From: an uncultured Intrasporangiaceae bacterium
Lineage (GTDB): Bacteria; Actinomycetota; Actinomycetes; Actinomycetales; Dermatophilaceae
DNA: 28,467 nucleotides
Reading direction: 5' to 3'
Assembly: GCA_964573925.1 (NCBI GenBank)
Contig: CAZNLX010000001.1
Span: 1 to 28,467, forward strand
Shown here: in pieces, positions 7,840 through 18,102 of the stretch
How positions within the stretch are numbered: the stretch's first letter is position 1
Layout of the letters: each line of letters opens with the position of its first letter
Program-made: the position numbers and the translations under genes
The notes under the pieces: model-generated
Seen by the model: the letters and a program-made list of their open reading frames with translations, nothing else
Told to the model about the DNA's origin: nothing
Databases searched by the model: none

Positions 7840-9963
7840 GTGAACCCGCCCCGTTCCCCTCAGCCTCCGCGTACGCCGTCCCGACCGGCTGCCTCCGGTC
7901 CGGCCGCGCCGCGTCCGGTCGCACCGCGTCCGGCCACGCCGCGCGCCGCCCAGCCCCGTCCGACGCCCCGTCCCGGCGCCTCGCGGGCTCGGGCCGCGGG
8001 CGGCACCACGGCGTCCAACCCGGTCGGTATGCCACGCCCCACCGCCCGCCCGCAGGCCCGCCCAGCCCGCCCGGAAGCCCGCCCCGTCCCTCAGCGGGCC
8101 GGTCGCCCACCGCGAGCCCCCCGCCCACCGCGCGCGCCCCGGATCCGGCGGCCTATGCGGACCGGGCACACTCAGTGGCGGGTGCGCACCATGTGGGTCG
8201 CCGTGCTGTTCGTCCTGTCGATCTTCGCCGCGCAACTGGTCCGGGTGCAGGCATTCGACGCCTCCGGCGTTCAGCTCGCCGCACTGAACAAGCGGCTCAA
8301 CACGGTCTTCATCCCGGCGATGCGCGGCAAGATCATCGACACCAAGGGCACCGTGCTCGCTTCCAGCGTCGAGCGGCGGACCATCACCGTCAACCAGAAC
8401 GCCGTCTCCGCCTACGAGCGGGTCATCGACGGCAAGCGGGTCAAGGTTGGGGTCATCGGCGCCGCCCAGCGACTCGCACCACTGCTGGGACGGACCGCCG
8501 ACGAACTCGTCCCCGAGCTCATGGGCACGAGCAGTTACGTCATCCTGGCCAAGGGGGTCTCCCCTTTGGTGTGGCGCGAGATCAACGCCATGGGCATTCC
8601 CGGCATCCTCAGCGAGGTCACCTTCGAGCGGGAGTACCCGGCCGGGCCGACTGCCGCCCAAGTCGTCGGCTTCCTCAGTGACGACGGGAAGGTCGCCGGC
8701 GGGCTCGAGCAGATGATGCAGACCGAGTTGTCCGGCACCCCGGGCAAGGAGGTCTACGAACAGGCGCGGGACGGCAAGGTCATCCCCTGGGCGCAGCAAC
8801 TCTCCCAGCCCGCGGTGGATGGGCGGGACGTTCGGCTGACCATCGACGCCGACCTGCAGTGGTTCGCTCAGAACACCGTCGGCAACCTCGTGCAGAACTG
8901 GGGTGCGAAGTCCGGCTACATCGTCGTCATGGAGGTGAAGACCGGGAAGCTGCGCGCGGTGGCCACCTACCCGAGCTTCGACCCGACCGACCTCAAGAAC
9001 ACCCGCGCTGCAGCGCTGGGCAATCGGGCCTTCACCGAGGTCTACGAGCCGGGGTCGACCGCCAAGGTCGTCACCATGGCCGCCGCGATCGAGGAGAAGA
9101 TCGTCACGCCGTCCACCGGGGTGATCGTGCCCAACCGCCTCAAGCGCGCCGACACGACGTTCAAGGACGCTCACGACCACAAGACACTCGACCTCACTGT
9201 CGCCGGGGTGCTGGCCAAGTCGAGCAACATCGGCACCATCTTGGCGACCGAGAGCATGCCGCTGCCCACCCTGGAGAAGTACCAGCGCTCCTTCGGCCTG
9301 GGCAGCAAGACGGGCATCGGCTTCCCCGGGGAATCCGCCGGTCTGCTGCGGCCGGCCGCGACGCTCACCGGATCGGAGCGCTACACGACGCTCTTCGGGC
9401 AGGGCCTGTCGGTCACCGCGGTCCAAGCCGCCGGGGTCTTCCAGACCATCGCCAACGGTGGCGTGCGGATCCCGCCCACCCTCGTGGAGGGCACCGTCGC
9501 AGCCGACGGCAGCTTCGAGTCGGCGGCGACCCCGACCGCCAGTCGGGTGGTCTCCGAGCAGACGGCCACTCAGGTGAGCCAGATGCTCGAGGAGGTCGTC
9601 AGCCCCGGCGGCACCGCCCGGCACGTCGCCATCCCCGGCTACCGGATCGCCGGCAAGACCGGCACCGCGAACCGGGTCGCCGAGGGCGGCGGATACAGCG
9701 GCTACACCACCTCCTTCATCGGCTACGCCCCGGCCGAGGACCCGCAGTTCGTCGTCGCGGTGACCCTGCAGCACCCGACGGTCGGCACCCCGACCGGCAG
9801 TGGGCAGTGCGGCCCGGCGTTCAAGGACGTCATGACCTACGTCCTGCAGGCCTACCAGGTCCCCCCGACCGGTGCTCCGGGTGCCGAGATCCCGCTCACC
9901 CCGGCTCAACCGCTCGTGCCCGGCGCCCCCGGCGTGATGAGCGACCGCAGAACAAACGGTTAG
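7840..9963 (+). CDS. ftsI: Class B penicillin-binding protein FtsI/PBP3
   Basis: TM anchor, MRGKIIDTKG, catalytic motifs EPGSTAK (SxxK), KSSN (SxN), KTGTA. The start at GTG 7840, 4 nt after the ftsL stop, is uncertain; ATG 8029 or 8155 are alternatives. Confidence 0.93.
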   Translation: MNPPRSPQPPRTPSRPAASGPAAPRPVAPRPATPRAAQPRPTPRPGASRARAAGGTTASNPVGMPRPTARPQARPARPEARPVPQRAGRPPRAPRPPRAPRIRRPMRTGHTQWRVRTMWVAVLFVLSIFAAQLVRVQAFDASGVQLAALNKRLNTVFIPAMRGKIIDTKGTVLASSVERRTITVNQNAVSAYERVIDGKRVKVGVIGAAQRLAPLLGRTADELVPELMGTSSYVILAKGVSPLVWREINAMGIPGILSEVTFEREYPAGPTAAQVVGFLSDDGKVAGGLEQMMQTELSGTPGKEVYEQARDGKVIPWAQQLSQPAVDGRDVRLTIDADLQWFAQNTVGNLVQNWGAKSGYIVVMEVKTGKLRAVATYPSFDPTDLKNTRAAALGNRAFTEVYEPGSTAKVVTMAAAIEEKIVTPSTGVIVPNRLKRADTTFKDAHDHKTLDLTVAGVLAKSSNIGTILATESMPLPTLEKYQRSFGLGSKTGIGFPGESAGLLRPAATLTGSERYTTLFGQGLSVTAVQAAGVFQTIANGGVRIPPTLVEGTVAADGSFESAATPTASRVVSEQTATQVSQMLEEVVSPGGTARHVAIPGYRIAGKTGTANRVAEGGGYSGYTTSFIGYAPAEDPQFVVAVTLQHPTVGTPTGSGQCGPAFKDVMTYVLQAYQVPPTGAPGAEIPLTPAQPLVPGAPGVMSDRRTNG

Positions 9964-9966
9964 CCT
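9961..9966 (+). promoter_or_regulatory. Candidate -10 element (TAGCCT) for a leaderless murE transcript
   Basis: TANNNT hexamer overlapping the ftsI TAG stop, 7 nt before the murE GTG, with no Shine-Dalgarno in between. Confidence 0.5.
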
Positions 9967-9973
9967 GAGCGTC

Positions 9974-11563
9974 GTGCGTTCACCCCGGCCGAGTTCGGTC
10001 CCGCCGGTCCCGCTGCAGGTCCTGGCAGCTCGGTCCGGGGCGACCCTGCTCGCCGACGACCCGGCCGGGCACCTCGCCGTCACCGGGGTGAGCCTGGACT
10101 CCCGGACGGTCACCTCCGGCGACCTGTATGCCGCCCTCCCGGGCGCCCGCGCGCACGGTGCCTCCTTCGTCCCGGCCGCCCGGGCTGCCGGCGCGGTTGC
10201 CGTGCTCACCGATCCGGCCGGTGCCGAGACGATCCGCGCCACGACCGCAGGGGCGGACGGCATACCCGTGCTGGTGCACCCGCACCCGCGGGCCGTGCTC
10301 GGCGACCTGGCCGCCCAGATCTACGGTCGCCCGGCCGATCGGCTGCGCGTGGTCGGGATCACCGGCACCAACGGCAAGACGACGACCGCCTACCTCGTCG
10401 AGTCGGCGCTGCGCGCCTTGGGTCGGCGCACCGGGTTGATCGGGACGGTGGAGACCCGGATCGGCGACGAGCGGTTGGCCTCGGTGCGCACCACCCCGGA
10501 GGCGACCGACCTGCACGCCATCCTCGCGGTGATGGCCGAACGCGGCATCGACAGCGTCGTCATGGAGGTGTCCAGCCATGCGCTGGCCCAGCATCGGGTC
10601 GACGGGGTGACCTACGAGGTGGCCCTGTTCACCAACCTGTCCCAGGACCATCTCGACTTCCACTCGACGATGACGGACTACTTCGAGGCCAAGGCGGCCC
10701 TGTTCGCGCCCGCCCGGGCCCGTCATGGCGTGGTCTGCGTGGACGACGACTGGGGTCGCGAGCTCGCGGCGCGACGCGGCATACCGCTGGTCACGGTGGC
10801 GTCCGAGGGGGCGGGGGACTGGACCCTGCACCACGGCGAAGGCCCCGACCTCGTCGTCGCCGGCCCGGACGGCGAACACCTGCACCTCACCTGCCACCTG
10901 CCCGGCACCTTCAACCGGGTCAACACGGCGATGGCCGCCGTCGCCCTGCGACGGCTCGGGTATGCCGCGGCCGACGTCGAACGCGCCATGGCCGCCGAGC
11001 CGGTCGTCCCCGGCCGGATGGAGATCGTGCCCGGCGGGCCGGACGACCCCCGGTGCATCGTCGACTTCGCGCACACTCCGGAAGCGGTCGACGCTGCCCT
11101 CGCCGCGCTGCGTCCCACCACCGTGGGCCTGCTCGTCGCCGTCATCGGCGCGGGCGGTGACCGGGACCGGGGCAAGCGCCGGGGGATGGGCGCCGCCGCG
11201 GCCCGATGGGCCGACGTCGTCTACGTCACCGACGACAACCCCCGCTCCGAGGACCCAGCGGTGATCCGTGAGCAGGTCCTGGCCGGTGCCCGCGAGGCAC
11301 TCGCCGCCGCAGGTGAGGACCCGACGGCGGACCCGGGCGGGGGTCGGCCCCGCGCGCTCACCTCCGACGAAGGCCGCGCCGCTCACATCGCCGCGGCGGT
11401 GGCGGCGGCCCGCCAGGTGCCTGGCTCAACCGTCGCTGTCCTCGGCAAGGGTCACGAGACGGGTCAGGACATCGGTGGCGTCGTCCACCCCTTCGATGAC
11501 CGGGTGGCCCTGGCTGCGGCCCTGCGCGTCCCGGCCGACCCCCGACCCGAGGCCCCGCGATGA
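9974..11563 (+). CDS. murE: UDP-N-acetylmuramoyl-L-alanyl-D-glutamate--2,6-diaminopimelate ligase
   Basis: VSLDSR, GITGTNGKTTT, RTTPE, MEVSSHAL, FTNLSQDHLDFH, PGRME, VDFAHTP, GAGGDRDRGKR, DDNPRSED, GKGHETGQ. Confidence 0.96.
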   Translation: MRSPRPSSVPPVPLQVLAARSGATLLADDPAGHLAVTGVSLDSRTVTSGDLYAALPGARAHGASFVPAARAAGAVAVLTDPAGAETIRATTAGADGIPVLVHPHPRAVLGDLAAQIYGRPADRLRVVGITGTNGKTTTAYLVESALRALGRRTGLIGTVETRIGDERLASVRTTPEATDLHAILAVMAERGIDSVVMEVSSHALAQHRVDGVTYEVALFTNLSQDHLDFHSTMTDYFEAKAALFAPARARHGVVCVDDDWGRELAARRGIPLVTVASEGAGDWTLHHGEGPDLVVAGPDGEHLHLTCHLPGTFNRVNTAMAAVALRRLGYAAADVERAMAAEPVVPGRMEIVPGGPDDPRCIVDFAHTPEAVDAALAALRPTTVGLLVAVIGAGGDRDRGKRRGMGAAAARWADVVYVTDDNPRSEDPAVIREQVLAGAREALAAAGEDPTADPGGGRPRALTSDEGRAAHIAAAVAAARQVPGSTVAVLGKGHETGQDIGGVVHPFDDRVALAAALRVPADPRPEAPR

Positions 11564-13029
11564 TCCCGCTCACCCTCGCCGAGCTCGCCCGAGCCACCGC
11601 CGGCCGGCTACACGACTCCGACGGGGTGCCCGTTCCCCCCGGCAGTGAGGTCTTCGACCTCGTCATCGACGGCCCGGTCGTCACCGACTCCCGGGAGTGC
11701 GGACCGGGTGGTCTCTACGTCGCCCGGATCGGTGAGCACGCCGACGGACACGACTTCGTCGACTCCGCTCGAGCTGCCGGTGCCGTGGCAGCGCTGACCT
11801 CCCGCCCGGTGTCCGGCCTGGCCCACCTCGTCGTCGACGACGTGCAGACCGCTTTCGGGGCGCTGGCCCGAGCCGTGCTCGATGCGGCACCCACGGTGAC
11901 CGTCGTCGGGATCACGGGGTCCTCGGGCAAGACCTCGACGAAGGATCTGCTCGCCCAGGTGTTGGCGACCTCCGGTCCGACGGTGGCCCCGGCGGGGTCG
12001 TTCAACGGCGAGATCGGGGTGCCGCTCACCGTCTGCCGGATCACCCGGGACACCCGCTATCTCGTCGTGGAGCTGGGGGCCCGGGGCGTCGGCCACATCG
12101 AGTACCTCACCCGGATCGCCCCACCGCGGATCGGCGTCGTCCTCAACGTCGGCACCGCGCACGTCGGTGAGTTCGGTGGCCGGGAGAACATTGCCCGGGC
12201 CAAGGGCGAGCTCGTCGAGGCCCTGCCCGAGGACGGCGTCGCGGTGCTCAACGCCGACGACCCCCTGGTGACTGCGATGGGGAGCCGGACCCGGGCCCGG
12301 GTCGTCCTCGTCGGCCTGGCGCCCGGGGCCCGGACGCGGGCCGAGGACGTGACGCTCGACCCGACCAGCCGACCCTCCTTCCGGCTGGTCACCCCCGAGG
12401 GCAGTGCGCCGGTGGCGCTGCGTGTGCACGGCGCCCACCAGATCGGCAACGCCCTTGCCGTGGCGGCGGCCGCACTGGCCTGCGGCCTGCCGCTCGCGCA
12501 GGTTGCCGACGCCTTGTCCTCGGCCGGTGCGGTGAGCCGCTGGCGGATGGAGGTCACCGAGCGCAGCGACGGGGTGACCGTCGTCAACGATGCCTACAAC
12601 GCCAACCCGGACTCGATGGCCGCCGCGCTGGCCGCGCTGGCGGTGATGGCCACCGATGCCCAGGGCCGACGGCGGCGCACCTGGGCGGTTCTCGGGGAGA
12701 TGCTCGAACTCGGGGACGAGTCCCGGCAAGCCCACGCCGGAACAGGTGCTCGAGCCGTCGCCGAGGGGATCGACGTCCTCGTCGCCGTCGGTCCCGGAGC
12801 GGCCGGGATCGCCGAAGGTGCGCGGGAAGCAGTCGCCCGGGCGGCGGGCACGGACGGGTCGCCGACCGAGGTGCTCACCGTGACCGACGCGGATGCGGCA
12901 TACCTGCTGTTGTCCGAGAAACTCCGCCCCGGTGACGTCGTGTTGTTCAAGTCCAGCCGGGATGCCGGACTACGGTGGCTCGGGGACCGCATCTCCGCGA
13001 CGGTCCGAGGGAGCGAGGTCGGGTCGTGA
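11560..13029 (+). CDS. murF: UDP-N-acetylmuramoyl-tripeptide--D-alanyl-D-alanine ligase
   Basis: GITGSSGKTSTKD, SFNGEIGVPLT, VELGARGVGHI, NDAYNANPDSM, LGEMLELG, LFKSSR. ATGA overlap with murE. Confidence 0.96.
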   Translation: MIPLTLAELARATAGRLHDSDGVPVPPGSEVFDLVIDGPVVTDSRECGPGGLYVARIGEHADGHDFVDSARAAGAVAALTSRPVSGLAHLVVDDVQTAFGALARAVLDAAPTVTVVGITGSSGKTSTKDLLAQVLATSGPTVAPAGSFNGEIGVPLTVCRITRDTRYLVVELGARGVGHIEYLTRIAPPRIGVVLNVGTAHVGEFGGRENIARAKGELVEALPEDGVAVLNADDPLVTAMGSRTRARVVLVGLAPGARTRAEDVTLDPTSRPSFRLVTPEGSAPVALRVHGAHQIGNALAVAAAALACGLPLAQVADALSSAGAVSRWRMEVTERSDGVTVVNDAYNANPDSMAAALAALAVMATDAQGRRRRTWAVLGEMLELGDESRQAHAGTGARAVAEGIDVLVAVGPGAAGIAEGAREAVARAAGTDGSPTEVLTVTDADAAYLLLSEKLRPGDVVLFKSSRDAGLRWLGDRISATVRGSEVGS

Positions 13030-14108
13030 AGGGCGTGCTCGTGGCCGGGGCCACCTCGCTCGTGCTGGCCCTGCTCGGCACGCCGTGGTTCATCAAGTGG
13101 CTGGTCAAGCGCCAGTACGGCCAGTTCATCCGGGACGACGGACCGACGTCGCACCGCACCAAACGCGGGACCCCGACGATGGGCGGGACGGTCATCGTCG
13201 GCGCCACGCTCGTTGCCTACTTCGTCGCGCACCTCGCGCTGGGGACCTGGCCGTCGGTGAGTGGTCTGCTCGTGCTCTTCCTCATGGCCGGGCTCGGCTT
13301 GGTGGGCTTCCTCGACGATTTCATCAAGATCTCCCGACAGCGCAGCCTCGGGCTGCGGACCAAGCAGAAGCTCGTGGGGCAGGGGCTCGTCGGGGTGACC
13401 TTCGCGGTCCTGGCCCTGCAGTTCGAGAACGCCGGCTACCGCACTCCCGCCTCGACGGCGATCTCCTTCGTGCGGGACACCCGCTTCGACCTGGCCTTTG
13501 CCGGCCCCGCGATCGGATTGGTGCTGTTCGTCCTCTGGGCGAACTTCATCATCACCGCGATGTCCAACGGGGCCAACCTTACCGACGGGCTCGACGGGCT
13601 GGCGACCGGTGCCTCGACGATGATCTTCGGTGCCTATCTGCTCATCGGCATTTGGACGAACAACCAGAACTGCCAGACCAACCCGGGCCTCAAGTGCTAC
13701 GAGGTCCGGGACTCCCTCGACCTGGCCATCGTGTCCGCCGCCGCCATGGGTGCCTGCTTCGGCTTCCTGTGGTGGAACGCCTCGCCGGCCAAGATCTTCA
13801 TGGGCGACACCGGTTCGCTCGGCCTCGGTGGGCTCATCGCCGGCCTGGCGATCACGACCCGCACTCAGTTCCTCTCGGTCATCCTGGCCGGACTGTTCGT
13901 CCTGGAGACGTTGTCGGTGCTCATCCAGGTCGGGGTCTTCAAGGCCACGAGGAAACGCTTCTTCCGAATGGCACCCCTGCACCACCACTTCGAGATGCTC
14001 GGGTGGGAGCAGATCACCGTCGTCATCCGGTTCTGGATCATCGCCGGGCTGTTCGCCGCGCTCGGCCTGGGCATCTTCTACGCCGAATGGGTGGTGGGCT
14101 CGACATGA
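13026..14108 (+). CDS. mraY: Phospho-N-acetylmuramoyl-pentapeptide transferase
   Basis: GQFIRDDGPTSHRTKRGTPTMGG, GFLDDFIK, SNGANLTDGLDGLA, PAKIFMGDTGS, MAPLHHHFE. GTGA overlap with the murF stop. Confidence 0.96.
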   Translation: MKGVLVAGATSLVLALLGTPWFIKWLVKRQYGQFIRDDGPTSHRTKRGTPTMGGTVIVGATLVAYFVAHLALGTWPSVSGLLVLFLMAGLGLVGFLDDFIKISRQRSLGLRTKQKLVGQGLVGVTFAVLALQFENAGYRTPASTAISFVRDTRFDLAFAGPAIGLVLFVLWANFIITAMSNGANLTDGLDGLATGASTMIFGAYLLIGIWTNNQNCQTNPGLKCYEVRDSLDLAIVSAAAMGACFGFLWWNASPAKIFMGDTGSLGLGGLIAGLAITTRTQFLSVILAGLFVLETLSVLIQVGVFKATRKRFFRMAPLHHHFEMLGWEQITVVIRFWIIAGLFAALGLGIFYAEWVVGST

Positions 14109-15667
14109 CCGAGCTGCACGAGCTGGCCGGGTCGGCCGACGACGGCTATGAGCCGCGACCGGGGCTGACCCATCGGGACGCCGACTGGAGCGGCCTGCGG
14201 GTGCTCGTCGCAGGGCTGGGGATCAGTGGCTTTGCCGCAGCCGACGCCCTGTGGGAACGCGGGGCCATCGTCACGGTCGTGGACGCCAGCGCACCGGGCG
14301 CCTCCCGAGCCGTCGATGAGCGGACCCAGATCCTCACCGTTCTCGGTGTGGACGTCCGGCTCGGCGTCGAACACACCCAGGGGCTGCCCACCGATCGGCT
14401 CACCGACCTCGTCGTCACCTCGCCAGGCTGGCGGCCGAGCCAGCCCCTGCTGGCCGAGGCGGCGGCGCGCGGCATACCGGTGTGGGGTGAGGTCGAGTTG
14501 GCCTGGCGGATGCGGCCCGCCCAGGGTGCCGCCCCCTGGCTCACCGTGACCGGAACCAACGGCAAGACGACGACCGTCAACATGCTCGCGAGCATCCTGC
14601 GGGCCGCCGGCCTGCGGGCCACGAGCGCCGGGAACGTCGGCACCCCGCTGCTCGAGGCAGTGCTGCACCCGCAGCCCTACGATGTGCTCGCCGTCGAACT
14701 GTCCAGCTTCCAGTTGCACTGGCAGCGGTCCCTGGCCCCGGTCGCATCGGCCTGCCTCAACGTCGCCGCGGACCACATCGACTGGCACGGCTCGTTCGAG
14801 GAGTACCTGCGCGCCAAGGGACGGGTCTTCCGCAACACCCACCTCGCGTGCATCTACAACGTCGCCGACCCCCTCACCGAGCAACTGGTCATCGACGCCG
14901 ACGTCGTCGAAGGATGCCGGGCGGTCGGCTTCACCCTCGGCGTCCCGGCGCCGTCGATGATCGGTCTGGTCGAGGAGGTCCTGGCCGACCGGGCCTTCGT
15001 CGAGCAGCGTCACCACTCGGCGGCCGAACTGGCCACCATCGCCGATGTCCAGGGCGAGGCCCGCACGATCGCCCCGCACTACCTGGCCAATGCCCTCGCT
15101 GCCGCCGCCCTGGCCCGGGCCTACGGGGTCGGGCCGATCTCGGTCCGCGACGGGTTGCGCGCCTTCCGGCCCGACCCGCACCGGATCGCCGAGGTCGGCA
15201 CCGTCGGCGGGGTTCGCTACGTCAACGACTCCAAGGCGACCAATCCGCACGCCGCCGAGGCCGCGCTGGCCGCCTTCGACAACGTCGTCTGGGTGGCCGG
15301 CGGGCTGCTCAAGGGCGCCGACGTGGACAGCTTGGTGGAGAAGGTGGCCGGCAAACTGCGTGGTGCCGTGCTCATCGGACAGGATCGGGCGCAGGTTGCC
15401 CAGGCGCTGGCCCGACACGCCCCGAATGTCCCCGTCGTCGACGCGGGTGGCCCCGACACTGGAGGAATGCAGCCCACGGGGGAGGACGCCGACGAGATCA
15501 TGGACCGGGTGGTCACCCTCGCGGCGAGCCTGGCGCGCCCGGGTGACGTTGTGCTGCTAGCCCCCGCCGCAGCCTCGATGGACATGTTCGCCAACTACGG
15601 GGAACGTGGTAGCGCCTTCGAACGAGCCGTCGGCCGTCACGCGCACACCCCCGGTTCCCGGCCGTGA
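14105..15667 (+). CDS. murD: UDP-N-acetylmuramoyl-L-alanine--D-glutamate ligase
   Basis: GLGISGFAAA, VTSPGWRP, TGTNGKTTT, ELSSFQL, NVAADHIDWHGS, PHR, NDSKATNPHAA, LAPAAASMDMFANYGERG. ATGA overlap with mraY; the upstream ORF-track extension is spurious. Confidence 0.96.
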   Translation: MTELHELAGSADDGYEPRPGLTHRDADWSGLRVLVAGLGISGFAAADALWERGAIVTVVDASAPGASRAVDERTQILTVLGVDVRLGVEHTQGLPTDRLTDLVVTSPGWRPSQPLLAEAAARGIPVWGEVELAWRMRPAQGAAPWLTVTGTNGKTTTVNMLASILRAAGLRATSAGNVGTPLLEAVLHPQPYDVLAVELSSFQLHWQRSLAPVASACLNVAADHIDWHGSFEEYLRAKGRVFRNTHLACIYNVADPLTEQLVIDADVVEGCRAVGFTLGVPAPSMIGLVEEVLADRAFVEQRHHSAAELATIADVQGEARTIAPHYLANALAAAALARAYGVGPISVRDGLRAFRPDPHRIAEVGTVGGVRYVNDSKATNPHAAEAALAAFDNVVWVAGGLLKGADVDSLVEKVAGKLRGAVLIGQDRAQVAQALARHAPNVPVVDAGGPDTGGMQPTGEDADEIMDRVVTLAASLARPGDVVLLAPAAASMDMFANYGERGSAFERAVGRHAHTPGSRP

Positions 15668-16947
15668 CCAGCACCGTCGAGCGGCCCTCCCCGAGCCGAG
15701 CCCAGCGGGTGGGCGGAGCCCCGGGGACTTGGCTGCCCGAACGGCTCAGGCCCGTTGCCGAGCGCTTCGACAGCCCGGTCACTTCCTACTACGTCCTGCT
15801 CGGGGTGACCACCGCCCTGCTGCTGATCGGCCTGGTCATGGTCCTCTCCGCATCGATGATCACGGCCTACAAGGACGACGGATCCTCCTACGCGGTCTTC
15901 CTCAACCAGGTGAAGTTCGCCGCGCTGGGTCTGGTCGGCTTCGCGGTCGCGTCCCGGCTGAGCATCACCTGGTGGAAGCGGCTGGCCCTGCCGTCCCTGG
16001 CCCTGGCCGTCGTGCTTCAGGCGCTGGTCTTCGTTCCCGCGTTGGGGTTGTCCAAGGGCGGCAACCGCAACTGGCTGCGCCTGGGGGCGGGTCTGTCCCT
16101 GCAGCCCTCGGAACTGACCAAGATTGGGCTCGTCCTGGTCGGTGCGCTCATCCTGTCGAACAAGCGAGCTCTGCTCGGTCGGGCCTCGCACGCCGTCGTG
16201 CCCTATCTCGTCCCGATCGCCGCGGTGACCATCGGGCTCGTCCTGGTCGGTCACGACCTCGGCACGGCCTTGGTCCTCATGGGGATCGTCGGAGCCGTCA
16301 TGTATGCCGCGGGCGTCCCGGCCAGGCTGTTCGTCGCCGCTGCCGGAGTGGTCGCCGCGGTCGCGGTGGCCCTGGTCGTCACCAGTGCCAACCGGATGGA
16401 TCGAATCGGCAACTGGTTGTCCGGCTCGTGCACCGACCCCAACGGAGAGTGCGGCCAATCGGTGCACGGTCTCTACGCCCTTGCCGACGGCGGGTGGTGG
16501 GGCGTCGGGCTCGGGGCCAGCAAGGAGAAGTGGTCCTGGCTGCCCGAGGCCCACAACGACTTCATCTTCGCGATCATCGGCGAGGAACTGGGCCTGCCGG
16601 GCACGTTCGTCATCCTGGCCCTGTTCGGGCTGCTGGCCACGGCCTGCTACCGGATCGTCACCCGCTGCACCGACCAGTTCGTGCGGATCGGGGCCGCCGG
16701 CGCGATGGCATGGATCCTCTTTCAGGCGATGATCAACATCGGTGCCGTGATCGGCCTGCTCCCGGTCATCGGCGTCCCGCTGCCGCTCGTCTCGGCCGGT
16801 GGGTCGGCTCTGGTCACCACTCTGCTGGCGATGGGGATGCTCGTCTCGTTCGCCCGGTCCGAACCGGGGGCGGCCGAGATCCTCGCCGCCCGTCCAGGGG
16901 TGATCCAGCGTTCCCTGGCCGTCCTGCCCCGCCGTCGGCGGGGCTGA
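15664..16947 (+). CDS. ftsW: SEDS peptidoglycan polymerase FtsW
   Basis: GLVMVLSAS, GNRNWL, QPSELTK, DLGTA, WLPEAHNDFIFAIIGEELG, PVIGVPLPLVSAGGS. GTGA overlap with murD. Confidence 0.95.
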   Translation: MTSTVERPSPSRAQRVGGAPGTWLPERLRPVAERFDSPVTSYYVLLGVTTALLLIGLVMVLSASMITAYKDDGSSYAVFLNQVKFAALGLVGFAVASRLSITWWKRLALPSLALAVVLQALVFVPALGLSKGGNRNWLRLGAGLSLQPSELTKIGLVLVGALILSNKRALLGRASHAVVPYLVPIAAVTIGLVLVGHDLGTALVLMGIVGAVMYAAGVPARLFVAAAGVVAAVAVALVVTSANRMDRIGNWLSGSCTDPNGECGQSVHGLYALADGGWWGVGLGASKEKWSWLPEAHNDFIFAIIGEELGLPGTFVILALFGLLATACYRIVTRCTDQFVRIGAAGAMAWILFQAMINIGAVIGLLPVIGVPLPLVSAGGSALVTTLLAMGMLVSFARSEPGAAEILAARPGVIQRSLAVLPRRRRG

Positions 16948-16968
16948 AACTCATCGGAAGCTCGCACC

Positions 16969-18102
16969 ATGTCGTCTGATGTTCCTGCTTCGCACGCCCG
17001 GCCCGCCGAGCGCCCGTTGACCTCCGTCCTGCTCGCCGGGGGTGGTTCGGCAGGGCACGTCTCCCCGCTGCTGGCCACGGCAGACGCGCTGCGCCGCCGG
17101 CTGCCGCAGGTGCGGGTCACCGCCTTGGGCACCAGGACCGGTCTGGAGGCCCGCCTCGTGCCGGCCCGTGGCTACGATCTGCGCTTCGTGCCCCGGGTGC
17201 CGCTGCCCCGGCGCCCCGACGCCCAGGTGCTGCGCTTCCCAGGCGCCCTGCGGGCCGCCGTCGACGCAGCTCTGGCCGCCATCGATGACACCGGAGCGCA
17301 GGTCGTCGTGGGTTTCGGCGGCTACGTCTCCTCGCCGGCCTATCTCGCGGCCAAGCGTCGCGGCATACCGATCGTCGTGCACGAGCAGAATGCGCGGCCC
17401 GGCTTCGCCAACCGCCTCGGCGCGCGGCTGACCCGGCATGTGGCCACCACCTTCCCCAGCACCACGTTGCCGCACGCCACCTGCCTCGGTATGCCGCTGC
17501 GCCGGGAGATCACCACTCTGGACCGGGCGGCGCTGCGGGACCGAGCCAGGGCGGAGTTCGGTCTGGACCGGCACCGGACCACGCTGCTGGTGACCGGCGG
17601 TTCGCTCGGTGCTGCTCGCCTCAACGAGACGATGGCCGCCCGCGCCGCGGAACTCACCGACGCGGGCGTCCAGGTGTTGCACGCCGCGGGGACCGGCAAG
17701 GGCTTCACCCCGAACGTCAGCCCGGGCTCGGCGCCCTATGTCGTGCGTGAATACGTCGACCGGATGGAGTTGGCCTATGCGGCCGCCGACCTCGTGGTCT
17801 GCCGGGCCGGTGCCAACACGGTCTGCGAGTTGACCGCGGTTGGGCTGCCCGCCGTCTACGTCCCGCTGCCGATCGGCAACGGCGAGCAGCGAATCAACGT
17901 CACCGACGTCGTCGCGGCCGGTGGCGGAATCCTCGTCGAGGACGCCGCCCTCACCCCGGTTTGGGTCGATGTCGTCCTCCTGCCGCTGCTCACCGACGAT
18001 GCGCGGATCGCCCGCATGGGCGACGGCGCAGCCGGCCTCGGGCGACGGGACTCCGACGAGGCGCTGGCCGACCTCGTCGTCCGGGCGGCGAGCGGACGAT
18101 GA
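16969..18102 (+). CDS. murG: Lipid II GlcNAc transferase MurG
   Basis: AGGGSAGHVSP, GFGGYVS, HEQNARPGFANR, TGGSLGA, AADLVVCRAGANT, PLPIGNGEQ. Confidence 0.96.
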   Translation: MSSDVPASHARPAERPLTSVLLAGGGSAGHVSPLLATADALRRRLPQVRVTALGTRTGLEARLVPARGYDLRFVPRVPLPRRPDAQVLRFPGALRAAVDAALAAIDDTGAQVVVGFGGYVSSPAYLAAKRRGIPIVVHEQNARPGFANRLGARLTRHVATTFPSTTLPHATCLGMPLRREITTLDRAALRDRARAEFGLDRHRTTLLVTGGSLGAARLNETMAARAAELTDAGVQVLHAAGTGKGFTPNVSPGSAPYVVREYVDRMELAYAAADLVVCRAGANTVCELTAVGLPAVYVPLPIGNGEQRINVTDVVAAGGGILVEDAALTPVWVDVVLLPLLTDDARIARMGDGAAGLGRRDSDEALADLVVRAASGR

